Positions 39,597 through 50,615 of a stretch of DNA of 64,000 bases are shown here, one piece after another. Position 1 is the first letter of the stretch, and every line of letters starts with the position of its first letter. The position numbers were made by a program, and so were the translations under genes. A model generated the notes under the pieces. That model worked only from the letters and a program-made list of their open reading frames with translations, searched no databases and had not been told where the DNA came from. This DNA is from Trichosphaerium sp. ATCC 40318. Its lineage: Eukaryota; Protista; Tubulinea. Location: the NCBI GenBank assembly GCA_038496445.1, contig JALMLS010000330.1, positions 62,001 through 126,000 of the forward strand, read 5' to 3'.

Positions 39597-41398
39597 ATGC
39601 TTGGAGCAAGGCTTGTGTGTCGTGCTCATAGAGCCAGTAGAACAGCTTCTAATACGCACTCTAGTAGACAATACGCTAGATGGTCAGTTAAGAAAACACC
39701 AGGTGCACCAGAGCTTTCTACAAAGTGTACGACACGATATTGAGTATGCTTTATGATTTCTAACGACATAAGTCTCTTCCGATGCGCCAAATACCGTATT
39801 GGTTGATGGATCCGCCATTGTACGCCAAAGTTTGATTCTTTCAGTAATAATGTTTTGTATAGCTTCAAAAAGCGTTTTATTCTATCCCACTGATGTCAGC
39901 AGACGGCACACCTGTACACGCTATGTTCGGTTACCTAAAAAGCGTTCTCAACTTTATGAAAGAAGAACCAGACTACCTAGTTGTATGTTTTGATAGGTAT
40001 GTAACACAAGACAACGTACTATGGTACTGAACGTTAAATAAGTTATGGCAAGTCCTGGAGACATGACATACACGAAGAGTATAAAGGAAATAGCCCTCTA
40101 GAAGGCACAAAGCTGGTATGTTTGCATGCTAGGTATTTTGAAGGAGCTGATCGTTCACGTTAAGGCTAAACTGAAAGACCAACTGCCAATGATAAAACAA
40201 GCTAGTATCTCGTTCGATATTAATATTGTAGGCGTAGAAAAGTACGTACAAGCGGTTAAAACCCAAAAAGAAGCGATTTTTTTAGTGTTTTTGTTTTGAC
40301 CTAAAAACTTCGATTGCCTGCTGGGTACTGTCAGCTGCTTTTGTGTTGTTTGTATTTTGTGGTGAAGGAGTTACGTGTATATTATTGAAATAACTGATTT
40401 CTTTTTTTTCAAAATTAGTTATGAAGCTGATGATTTGATTGCATCGTATAAACGTCTTGCAACTGATTTGGGACATAATACAATCATTGCATCAAGTAAT
40501 AAGGACTTGATGCAACTTGTAGATGATAAAGTATGCATGTACAACCCATATCCAACTGTCAAAACACCAAAATGGATACGTACGTGGTTGTAGACTGAAA
40601 AACAAAAAAAAAGTTGGAGCTAATTTTCTTTGAATGCAATTAGATCCTTCAGAAGTTGAAGAGATTCATGGTGTACCTCCTCATCTTGTACCTGATATTC
40701 AAGCTCTCGTTGGAGAAAAGAAAAGTAGGATACCAAAAGTTGAAGGGCTTGGTCCTGGTACCGCAGCTGAGTTGCTTAAGAAATATGGTAAGCAAAACGT
40801 TTTGCTTTTTCTTTTTCTGCCTTTTTTTACTGAGTTTACTCCATCGTAAATTTCTGTACCATATTTCTCTTTAATATATATTTTAGGAAGCGTGGAAGCG
40901 TTAGTAGCAAATGCAGGTGGATTTAGAGAACGTATAGCGTCAGAGTAAGCTTGTGGCTATTTTTTTTTCGAATACTTTTTTTGTGAACAGAAATAAGAAT
41001 AATATTTGTTTTAGGCTTGCAGCAAATGGTATGGATATTATCCGGTATAAATCATTGTTTACCCTACATGATGCTGTACCTGTACCAGCTCTTGAGAAAC
41101 AGGAATATCGCGCTCCTTCACAAGACAAAGCGATGGAGTTTATTAAAGAATACAAACTAGAAAGTGTTAGAAAAACAATGGAGAAGCACTTTGGCTTTAA
41201 AGATACTGAACCTGTCCGAAATAGTACGTTAAATATATTTCCTTTATTGTTTGCTTCCTTGAAGTCCTTGAGTTTGGCATTTTCGATCTAAAGTGTCAAG
41301 CCCACGTGCACTTTTTTTGGACGCAAAACTTTTTTGAATCGTTTTTTTATTCTATCATTCTGGCTCACCTCTTTACAGCCTCTAAACCTGGTGAATGA
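39597..41398 (+). CDS. Organellar PolI-type 5'-3' exonuclease / flap endonuclease-like protein
   Basis: Arg/Ser-rich presequence; LVDGSAIV, WRHDIHEEYKGN, YEADDLIASY, SSNKDLMQLV, H3TH-like IPKVEGLGPGTAAELLKKYGSVE. Confidence 0.85.
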
Positions 41399-41570
41399 TC
41401 TTAGTGGCAGTAATATTGTATAAATAAACAACAAGAAAAACATCAACAATAAAAATATTGTAGGTGATAACGTTCCAGCTCACTCCGATAGCGAGAAGCG
41501 TTGAATGTTAAAAAAACACAATAGAATATGTTGTTTAAAATGTCGCCAAATTTTTCTGTGTTATAACCAA

Positions 41571-42377
41571 CTAACAATAGTATGTAGCTCCTAACGCCTT
41601 CAAACATTCATCTGTTACATGTGTAAATGGTACATCAATAGTATGCACGCCTGCCAACGCCTTGATACCCTCATCTGTAATCAATAAACAAGCACCTAGC
41701 CTAATAGTGTATACACCTGCCAAAGCCTGTATACCTTCATCTGATACCTTTGTACTTGTTAAATCTATAGTATGTACACCTGCCAACTCTTTGATTCCCT
41801 CGTCTGTTATTGATTCACAACCACTTAACGAGATAGTGTGTACACCTGCCAATACCTTCAACCCCTTGTCTGTGACATTTGTAAATGATAAATCAATCTT
41901 GTATACACCTGCTAACGCCTTGATACCATCATCTGTAATCAATTCACAATTACTTAACCTAATGGTGTGTACACCTGCTAAAGCTTTGATTCCTTCATCA
42001 GTCACCATTGTAAATGATAAATCAATCTCATGTACACCTGCTAACGCCTTGACGCCATTGTCTGTTACCTTTGTAAATGGTAGCATAATAGTATGTACAC
42101 CTGCTAATGCTTTGATTCCTTCACAAGTAAAATCAAAATCAAAAGAAATAATTGTATTGTGGAGTAATGGGCTGCCAGAAAGGATCTTAATGCCATCTTC
42201 ACTAGTTATTTTAATATAATTGTATCCAATGTGGTCATGAACAATAGATCGCAAAAAGCGGCATGTTTGGGCTGATTGGAGAGTATAATTCCCTTGTTTG
42301 AGAATATGCACTATAACTTCAATTGGTAGCGCAATAAGGTCAAATATGTATTCGTTTGTATTTTCGTTTTGTTCCAT
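41571..42377 (-). CDS. F-box + LRR (GVHTIDL-type) protein, single exon
   Basis: LIALPIEVIVHILKQ...SAQTCRFL followed by TDEGIKALAGVHTI repeats. Confidence 0.85.
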   Translation of the reverse strand: MEQNENTNEYIFDLIALPIEVIVHILKQGNYTLQSAQTCRFLRSIVHDHIGYNYIKITSEDGIKILSGSPLLHNTIISFDFDFTCEGIKALAGVHTIMLPFTKVTDNGVKALAGVHEIDLSFTMVTDEGIKALAGVHTIRLSNCELITDDGIKALAGVYKIDLSFTNVTDKGLKVLAGVHTISLSGCESITDEGIKELAGVHTIDLTSTKVSDEGIQALAGVYTIRLGACLLITDEGIKALAGVHTIDVPFTHVTDECLKALGATYYC

Positions 42378-42778
42378 TTACAAAGCACTATTAATCAAAA
42401 CACTGAATCCTCTCGTACAAATAGACACCGAAGTTTCTACTTTATTTATTCGCGGTAGGAAAGATCACGTGACTTTTAAAACCGCTTTATTGTAGTTAAT
42501 GCGTTGTGTAACCTAGCCATGCTTGAAAGGCGCTGAAAGCTCACGTATTTACAAGGTTAAGTACGTTTTCTCGGACTTTTCCCGACTGATCACGTGCCTT
42601 TTAATAATATTCACAGCGTTTCCCCAAGGTCAGAAACAGGAAAAAGTACAACGGTTTAGTTAGTAAGTGATTTAATTCAAATGGTCAGTGGAACAAAAAC
42701 AACGAGAGATTCATGTTTGATGTTTTATAAACAGTTTTATGACAGAAAACACGTTAATTGGTAAACAAGATTGCGATC

Positions 42779-43170
42779 TTAGCAGCTTCCACAAGCAGCT
42801 TCGCTCCAGCAACACCATTTGTCACTTCTGATGCGAAAGCATAATGGAGATCCAGGGTAGCAGTATGCAGTTGAACCTATCGTATGTAAGTATTTAAGAA
42901 TTACCAACCTTTGATTTTTCACGTACATTGACCATTCTTTTCACGACCACGTTTACGCCATCCTGGAGGGCACCATCCATTTGTATCACATGTTTCACCA
43001 CACAACAGTGGTCCTTGCTATACAAACGAAAGTTAGAAAAGGAAATGTAAAAGGAGATGTTGACTTACTTCAGTTGCTCGTTTAGCTCTTTCACTGAGCT
43101 CATTAGATTGGACCGCCAAGGCGAAAGTTAAAGCCGCAAGTACAAAGACAATAAGAGTAGTAGTTTTCAT
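42779..43170 (-). CDS. Secreted 10-Cys prepropeptide, copy 1 (leader type A), 3 exons
   Basis: MKTTTLIVFVLAALTFALAVQSNELSERAKRATE|QGPLLCGETCDTNGWCPPGWRKRGREKNGQ|CSTAYCYPGSPLCFRIRSDKWCCWSEAACGSC*; canonical GT-AG introns in phases 0 and 1. Confidence 0.88.
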
Positions 43171-43520
43171 CGGGGGTTATGTTCAATTCGTGAGGTGTTG
43201 TTATGGTTTGAATTTTATGGCTGGAAGGTCAAGATGATTTAAGTCTCACTTCATGTGCAGTTATGGTAACTTCTTTATCTTATCGGAACTTTGCAATTTT
43301 TAGATCACCATACTTTTAGCCCCAAATAGAACAGCGGTAATGATAATAAGAAACCATAGAAAACAAGCATTGGATTTAGCGAAAAAGAAATGTGGTAAAC
43401 ACTTTATGATACTTTTGTTCAGTGAATATGAAGACTTAAATCGATGTCTAAGTACATTCAAACAAAACCAAATTACAAAACCTCAACCAACAACAAAGCT
43501 CATCTTCTAACAAACAACAA

Positions 43521-43930
43521 ATGAACACAACAATATTATTTGTATTGGTGACTTTGGCATTGATACCAATTGCCTTGACGACCCAATCTAAAGACTCTGA
43601 AGAAATGCCAGACATGCATGAAAAGAGATCAACTGAGGTATGTCGACACTTGGTACTTTTACATTGTATTGTTAATTAACACCTCATCTAGCAAGGACCA
43701 CTGTTGTGTGGCGAAACATGTGATACAAATGGATGGTGCCCTCCTGGATGGCGTAAACGTGGTCGTGAAAAGAATGGTCAATGTATGTGAAAAATCAAAG
43801 GTTGGTAATTCTTAAATACTTACATACGATAGGTTCAACTGCATACTGCTACCCTGGATCTCCATTGTGCTTTCGCATCAGAAGTGATAAATGGTGTTGC
43901 TGGAGCGAAGCTGCTTGTGGAAGCTGCTAA
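43521..43930 (+). CDS. Secreted 10-Cys prepropeptide, copy 2 (leader type B), 3 exons
   Basis: Exons 43521-43637, 43692-43782, 43833-43930: MNTTILFVLVTLALIPIALTTQSKDSEEMPDMHEKRSTE followed by the same 62-aa peptide. Confidence 0.88.
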
Positions 43931-44664
43931 GATCCTGCACTCCAATATGAATGTAAAACTAAATAAAGTACCCAAGTTTTACTATTATTCGTTTTCATAG
44001 TTAGGCTGCATTGTCAGCTCCAAGTTCAACAAGAAACACATGTTGTGAGTCAATTGAATACACAGTGTATGTGGCAACGTGTGTGCCTGTAAAAACCAAT
44101 GAGCATAGGCACTACATTATTTTAGCAGAAACTGGTTTATTAAACGTGAAACACACTTGTTCAATCGCTAAAATAATGTTCAACGTAGCGCTAAAATATA
44201 GCAATGCAGACTTGCATTCACTTTTCAAGCAAGTGATACCGCATACAGGCAGGGCATGGCATCCAAATGTTACAGTTACTACAACATATGGTGTTAGAGC
44301 GAATGGTATAGCCATGTTTAATTAGCAAAACAGCACTAAACCAGGATAGAACCAAAGGCAATGTAAACCTTTTTGACTTTGTCCTTATGCCATTGAGTAC
44401 AATCAAATTAGCTCAGTGAGTGAACTATGAGCATAAGAAGTAACTCAACTATTTTTTGCTGGCAAGTATTGAGCCGACCCATTTTTTTGTAGTGATTGCT
44501 GGAGAATGTAATAGTTCATTGGCCGAAGAATTGTGACTGAAATTTATGTTTCATTTTGATACAACGAGCAGTTTAGTTAGTAAACTGTAGTCTGATTCTA
44601 CTTGTTGGCACTTTTATTGATTTCTTACAATGATATATGGCACAACAAGTATGGCTTTGCAATC

Positions 44665-45072
44665 TTAGCAACTTCCACAAGCAGCTTCACTCCAGCAACA
44701 CCATTTGTCACTTCTGATGCGAAAGCATAATGGAGATCCAGGGTAGCAGTATGCAGTTGAACCTAATAAAGGTAAGTATTAAAGAATTACCATCCTTGAT
44801 TTTCACGTACATTGACCATTCTTTTCTCGACCACGTTTACGCCATCCAGGAGGACACCATCCATTTGTATCACATGTTTCACCACACAACAGTGGTCCTT
44901 GCTAAATTGCATGTTAATTAACAATACAATGTAAAAGTACCAAGTGTCGACATACCTCAGTTGATCTCTTTTCATGCATGTCTGGCATTTCTTCAGAGTC
45001 TTTAGATTGGGTCGTCAAGGCAATTGGTATCAATGCCAAAGTCACCAATACAAATAATATTGTTGTGTTCAT
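44665..45072 (-). CDS. Secreted 10-Cys prepropeptide, copy 3 (leader type B), 3 exons
   Basis: Leader exon identical to copy 2; same 62-aa peptide with only synonymous changes. Confidence 0.88.
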
Positions 45073-45423
45073 TTGTTGTTTGTTAGAAGATGAGCTTTGT
45101 TGTTGGTTGAGGTTTTGTAATTTGGTTTTGTTTGAATGTACTTAGACATCGATTTAAGTCTTCATATTCACTGAACAAAAGTATCATAAAATGTTTACCA
45201 CATTTCTTTTTCGCTAAATCCAACGCTTGTAATCCATGATTGTTAGTCATCAATATACTGACACAAATAATGCTATTCTATCTGGGTTTTGCAAAGTAGA
45301 CTTACGATATTGTGAAACAAATATAATTTACCGTAACATTTCACGTGAATGGAGACTTAAACCATAATGACCTTCAAGTCATAAATACAAACCATAACAA
45401 GAACAACTACACCTTATAGAACA

Positions 45424-45817
45424 ATGCAAACAACAACACTTTTCGCTTTTGTACTCATGGCATTGACTGTTGCCTTGGCGGTCCAATCTAATGAGCTCAG
45501 TGAAAGAGCTAAACGAGCAACTGAAGTAAGTAAAGATCTCATTACTTTTCCATCGCATTCTAATATCGATTTAGCAAGGACCACTGTTGTGTGGTGAAAC
45601 ATGTGATACAAATGGATGGTGTCCTCCAGGATGGCGTAAACGAGGTCGAGAAAAGAACGGTCAATGTACGTGAAGATCAAAAGAAGGGTAACAGACTTCT
45701 TTGTACTTACCTTTATTAGGTTCAACTGCATACTGCTACCCTGGATCTCCATTATGCTTTCGCATAAGAAGTGACAAATGGTGTTGCTGGAGCGAAGCTG
45801 CATGTGGAAGCTGTTAG
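45424..45817 (+). CDS. Secreted 10-Cys prepropeptide, copy 4 (leader type A), 3 exons
   Basis: Exons 45424-45525, 45575-45665, 45720-45817: MQTTTLFAFVLMALTVALAVQSNELSERAKRATE followed by the same 62-aa peptide. Confidence 0.88.
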
Positions 45818-45887
45818 TCACTAACTGCTTTACTGTGCTTTAATCAAATAAAGACAACTTAGTTAAAGTACACAATGGCGTTTATTT

Positions 45888-47965
45888 GTTAAACCCTTTC
45901 TTTTGCTCGTATCTGTTTAAGTAGCATTGATACACTCTTGCGATTTTCCTTTTTACTCTTCTGAGCTTGTTTCGGATCCATCGAACTTATCCGTGACTCG
46001 CATGATCGTTCAGTATATTACAATCACAATTGTACTATATGCGTGGCAGTACGCAAGAACCCAAGCTGAGATTATCATCATTTGATCTTTTTTTTCTTTT
46101 GTTCAAAAAGACTCTCTGGTCTTGTTCTCTATACTAGCAAAGTTCTTGTGCTATTTACCAATAACCTGTGTTTTTTCCATCAGTAACATATTATAAATAA
46201 GGGAAAAAAAAGAAACAAGGGAGTTGAGTTATCGAAGGAAGTTGATTACTTCTTTTTTTTTTGTTGACTTTTTTTTATGCGAACCGTTGCTTTGATCTCT
46301 TCTCTCTAACACTTGTCACATTACTAAATCTGCTCCATTCCCAGTTGATTTTTGGATGTAATTTTGATAATATCTGCGGAAATAGGTTTATAGCAATAAA
46401 AGAACCTCCAGTATTCCTTAATGATTTTGTACAAACACGATACCTAAATAACCTATTAATAACGAATAACAAATCATATTTTGGCCAATAAGTAAACATA
46501 ATCACAAGTGTGGCAACAGCGGTTTGAAAAGTAAGAAAAAGTGCCAAACACACTAAAGGCGGAAAAAAACAAGAAAAACTTAAAACAGGTTTTTTTTGAA
46601 GTGTTTTTGGGTTTTGTGATTTGTATTTTATCTTATGATGTTGTCGTACCAAGATTCCGGTTTCTCAATATTTTGCTGAACTTCTAATCTCTTTAAAAAG
46701 TTCATAACATTTTCTTGTTTATGCCAAAAACCAGCAGCTTGTCTAAAACCTGAGCGGTTTAAAAACTGTTTATGGTCCCAATTATAGTCTTTGTAGATAG
46801 ACTCTAGGCAATCTATAAGTCTTCCTTTATATCTAAATAATATCAGAACAAGAAATAAGGGTATCAAAATCAAAGAATAGCGAAGCTCACGAACCGACAA
46901 GTTGACATATTGTAAAAAAAATTTCTTCAAAGTACCTATTTGCGAGTATTCCTGAGCCCTTTTCTTGTACTATGGCTTTACTTTGAACACTGTACCAACT
47001 ATCCATTGTCTTTAGTTTAAGAGTACGGCCAATATCATCGAATTTTTCTCTTTGGTTATCCAAACAATCCCAGTGGTTATGAGGAACATTTCTTTTCAAA
47101 AAAGTGAGAAAAAAAGAACGAAAAAAGTATTTTTTGATTGCTCGTGACAAGTTGTTTCATGAAAGTAAATAATAAACAGGTAATGATAGATAAAGTATTG
47201 TGGTAGTAATTATGAAAGTATTAATGATTTATCTGGGACGTAAAAGGAGGATTGAAACGATAAGAGATGGAAAAAAAAATTGTTCTTTTGTAAAACAACA
47301 CGCACATGAACTGTTGTTTATCCCATTTTTTATCAGGATAGAGATTTTGTAGGCAGTTCACAAGTGAGCCATCATGTCTATTTATTGTATAAGTCTAAAA
47401 AAAACTGTGACAGGCAAGTACTTTAGGAGCGTTGTTCTACATCCTGCGTCGGCCATGTCGTCAAAGGAAATCTCATACCAATCATCGAGAACAAATACAC
47501 CAATTTTTTTAGCAGTTTTCTCTAATAAATCTTTATGATTGCTATCTAAGTTCCAGTAGTGATGTGGCACCCATCTGTTAGGTGTCAGTTATATTTTTTT
47601 TGGGCAGTTCGGTTTCAAACTGTGTTTGGCACGTCATACCTGAACCTGGATGTTACCCAGTCGTATTCTCTGTATAAATCTGCCAATGCGTGAGATAATG
47701 AAGAGTTATAGCTCGAAACTGAGTTAGAAGCGCTTCAGACGCGTAATTATGGTACAGGATACCTATTTAAGCAAACTTTACTCGCACTCAATACATCATT
47801 AACGCGAATGTCATACCAGTCATCGTAGCAATATACCATTAGTCTAGGTGAGACAATGGCATCAAATATACGTCTAACATCATTTCTCGGTTGTTTGGCT
47901 CATTAATATAAGCAAACGCTACAAATACCATATTTACCTTGTAATTTAAACTGTAAAGTTCTCAT
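45888..47965 (-). CDS. Protein with ~70-aa helical repeats (vPxxyW...N...l...l...dWY); ends uncertain
   Basis: VPHHYWNLDSNHKDLLEKTAKKIGVFVLDDWYEI, VPHNHWDCLDNQREKFDDIGRTLKLKTMDSWYSV, AAGFWHKQENVMNFLKRLEVQQNIEKPESWY. Confidence 0.65.
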
Positions 47966-48084
47966 GCGTAACAACAAAAGCCAAACGAATCTAAAAAGCG
48001 CTTATTACGATCAGTTAAGTCAAAGCAAAAATAGCGTTATTTCCTCACAACTACGCGTTACTAAACGGATGTTTATTATGGTTT

Positions 48085-50347
48085 TTAGTATGATCCACGA
48101 CGTCTCATTGCTGCCAGCCTTTCCCTCTCTTTTCTCCTTCTCTCCTCTTCTTCAAGGTACTTCTTTCGTTCATCCAACACTTTTTCGAATTCTCGTATGA
48201 GTAGAATACTGTTCCATGTCCTACACACTTGTCTTGCTCTTCCAATTGTTTTAGAATTGAAATTAGCAAATACAAGAACTACTGCGTCTACTGGCATAAA
48301 AAGAGGTGAAGCAAAGTCTGGCATGCCAAGTTTTGGCCAGAATTTAGCCCAACTGTTTGCAAAATTTGTACTTGGTTGATAGCCAGGAATAACGTTATCA
48401 GTAGGTGCTATCTTATCAAGTATAAAGAGGCGGTAGTGAGAGAATATCATTTCTCTGAACTCTGCATACATTTCTCCAACTTGAATGGCATAATGATCTC
48501 TTACTGGTTGTACAATAATTGAATGAATATTGTCAAGCCTAAAAACAATTACATATCGGAACACATTGATCAATTTTCTTTGTTCAATACACTCCAAATA
48601 AATGAATGCCCGAGCAGTGCAACAATGAAAAAACAAAAAGAAAAACAAGGATTAAGTTTTTCAGTTGCAACAAAGCAATAATAATCACAGTTGTCGTACG
48701 CTTTTCTGGCTTGTGCCTTACTAGAACCAAATTGTGGTGTCTTCGTTTTTTTAATAATGTTAGCTAACCTTCTATCGTCTTCTTCGATAATAGCCTTTAA
48801 AAGATTGGAAAAAGGACCTGACCACATTCCTGTTTGTTTCTGAAAAAAAGAGGTCAGATTTTACCGTTTTTTCAAATGACCAATTATTCGCTGCTACATA
48901 CCTTCCATCTTGAGCATACGAGGTATAATGGGTGGGCTTTATTTGAAGGCATCATTATTATTGCCCATATCCGTTCGAAGGCTTCCTTTTTCATGTCGGG
49001 AACAGAAATCTTATTTTCTTTGATTTCTTGTTGAATATCCATTGGAATATGTGCTATTTTGTCAAGTTTATCATCGACACCGAGAAACTCTCTAAAAGGC
49101 CTTGTGTCTTTTGCAAATGCTGCTTCAAGGTAGGTTTTGTGTTTATCGAATTGAGCTTTGAGTGCGTTGTATATAGCATTGAATTCCGCCAAGTGAATTT
49201 CGTTTTTTATTTTCTTCTTGAACGAGCTAACTTGTTTCATACGCATCAATTGCCAGACATATAGTGGGTATATCTGCATAGCTAACTCGTGTCCATCAAG
49301 CCAAGACTCTCTTATATACTTTAAGCGTAACCCAGTATCAACAACGCGAACAACGTATCCTTAATAAAAAAGTTAAAATGAGAAGATTTCTAAAGTGCTT
49401 GCCTTCGGATCCTGTAGCTCGCCTGAGTTTTATTTTATCGTTCAATTTCTTCAAGCTTTGTACTTTTATAGGTTTGATAGATTTAACGCCAAGAGTATTT
49501 GCAATATCAATAACATCAGGTAAAGTGAGTTCGTATCCTTTATCGTCATAAACAGCCAAAAGAATCGGTTCTTGATGCAAAATGTTAAGTTAGCTTTTTT
49601 TCGTTTTAAGTACTGGTATTAACATGACGTACCCTCGAAGTCATATTCAACAACTACAGTGTTTTCTTTATAAATGATTTCAAAGATATATGTCCAAGAC
49701 TCTTTCATTTTCTCAAGTGCACCATGTTCCGTCAACCAAGCCTAAAATTGTTTGTTGTCAACAATTATTTTTGTTACATTTTTCTTTTAGTTTTACGTAC
49801 AGCAGCCCATTTAGCCTGTGAGGAGTTCATGCGAGATTTCGTTGTGACACAAATCTTCCCTTTCCAAATGAAAGCAACGCCCATTGAGCCTAAAATAACG
49901 TTGACGGTAAGCACTTGATACCCTTTTTTCGTTTTTTGTATTAGTTCAATGATTTGGTCTTACCATCATATTTTTCTGTTACTTCTATTTTAGCGTCTTT
50001 AGCCATCGCAGATGTGAGGTTTTCTTCGATTTCGTTGTACCTAAAGAATTTTGGGAAGCCATGAGCTATCACTTTCCCTTCTTTGTGGTCTATGGTACGT
50101 AAGTTATTTGTTGCATGTATAATTAGGCTAAATATAAGTACATACCTACAACAAGACCTCTGCAGAGGCAACCAACTTGAAAGTCATTTGATGGTGTTAT
50201 TGAGTCAAAAGCGTAGCGATATACAGATAAACCGCAGCCATCGTCGTACTTTACAATCTTTTTTTGCTCTAGTCCCTGTTTTAAAGCCTTTTCTAGATCC
50301 TCCCAAGGCATAGCACGCACAGGATGCTGCTTTAGATCCTTTGCCAT
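48085..50347 (-). CDS. T4 Rnl1-like RNA ligase fused to C-terminal F-box-like motif(s)
   Basis: CRGLVV, HGFPKFF, motif I TEKYDGS (spliced), TYIFEII, SEGYVV, RLK; C-terminal LFMPVDAVVLVFANFNSKTIGRARQVCRTWNSIL. Confidence 0.82.
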
Positions 50348-50615
50348 TTTAGTACAACCAATCTGGTTTTGAGTTGACTTTTGGCATTTTAGCCGAAATT
50401 CGAGTGAACTTTGCAAAACGTTTTATCTTGTTCTTACCAGTGTCACGTGGCTTTTGTTATTGCGTCTTTTACGAAGGCCATGTGGTAGTCCACAAGCCAA
50501 ACACTAAAGAATGTGTAGTGTTCAATGAACGTCAAACGGTTGAAAACGTGAAACATGGTTTTTGGCGATATAACGTATTAAAGAACGTCGTGCTTGATAT
50601 TAATGCTTGTTGGCA

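Larger units (their letters stand above)
42779..45817. repeat. Imperfect large inverted duplication (arms ~42779-43930 and ~44665-45817, ~730-bp spacer)
   Basis: ~43364-43680 is nearly the exact reverse complement of ~44912-45230; the coding exons and the divergent intergenic regions also mirror each other. Confidence 0.9.

Noticed and set aside
41662-42219. Antisense 185-aa ORF (also 967-1179, 33798-34319, 59598-59795)
   Set aside because: Shadow ORFs on the opposite strand of repetitive coding sequence
43692-43930. Insulin-like interpretation of the 10-Cys peptide (LCG near the N-terminus, internal basic site, CC near the C-terminus)
   Set aside because: Cys spacing does not fit the insulin A chain (CC-x3-C-x8-C) or B chain (C-x11-C); the resemblance is superficial
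44011-44430. Spacer ORF and TAGCTCAGT A-box-like motif between the inverted arms
   Set aside because: No ATG-led credible protein, no B-box or cloverleaf, no transposon termini visible
43618-45821. ORF-track proteins 43618-43815, 44730-44921, 44787-44975 and 45414-45821
   Set aside because: Wrong-frame or antisense readings of the spliced peptide genes
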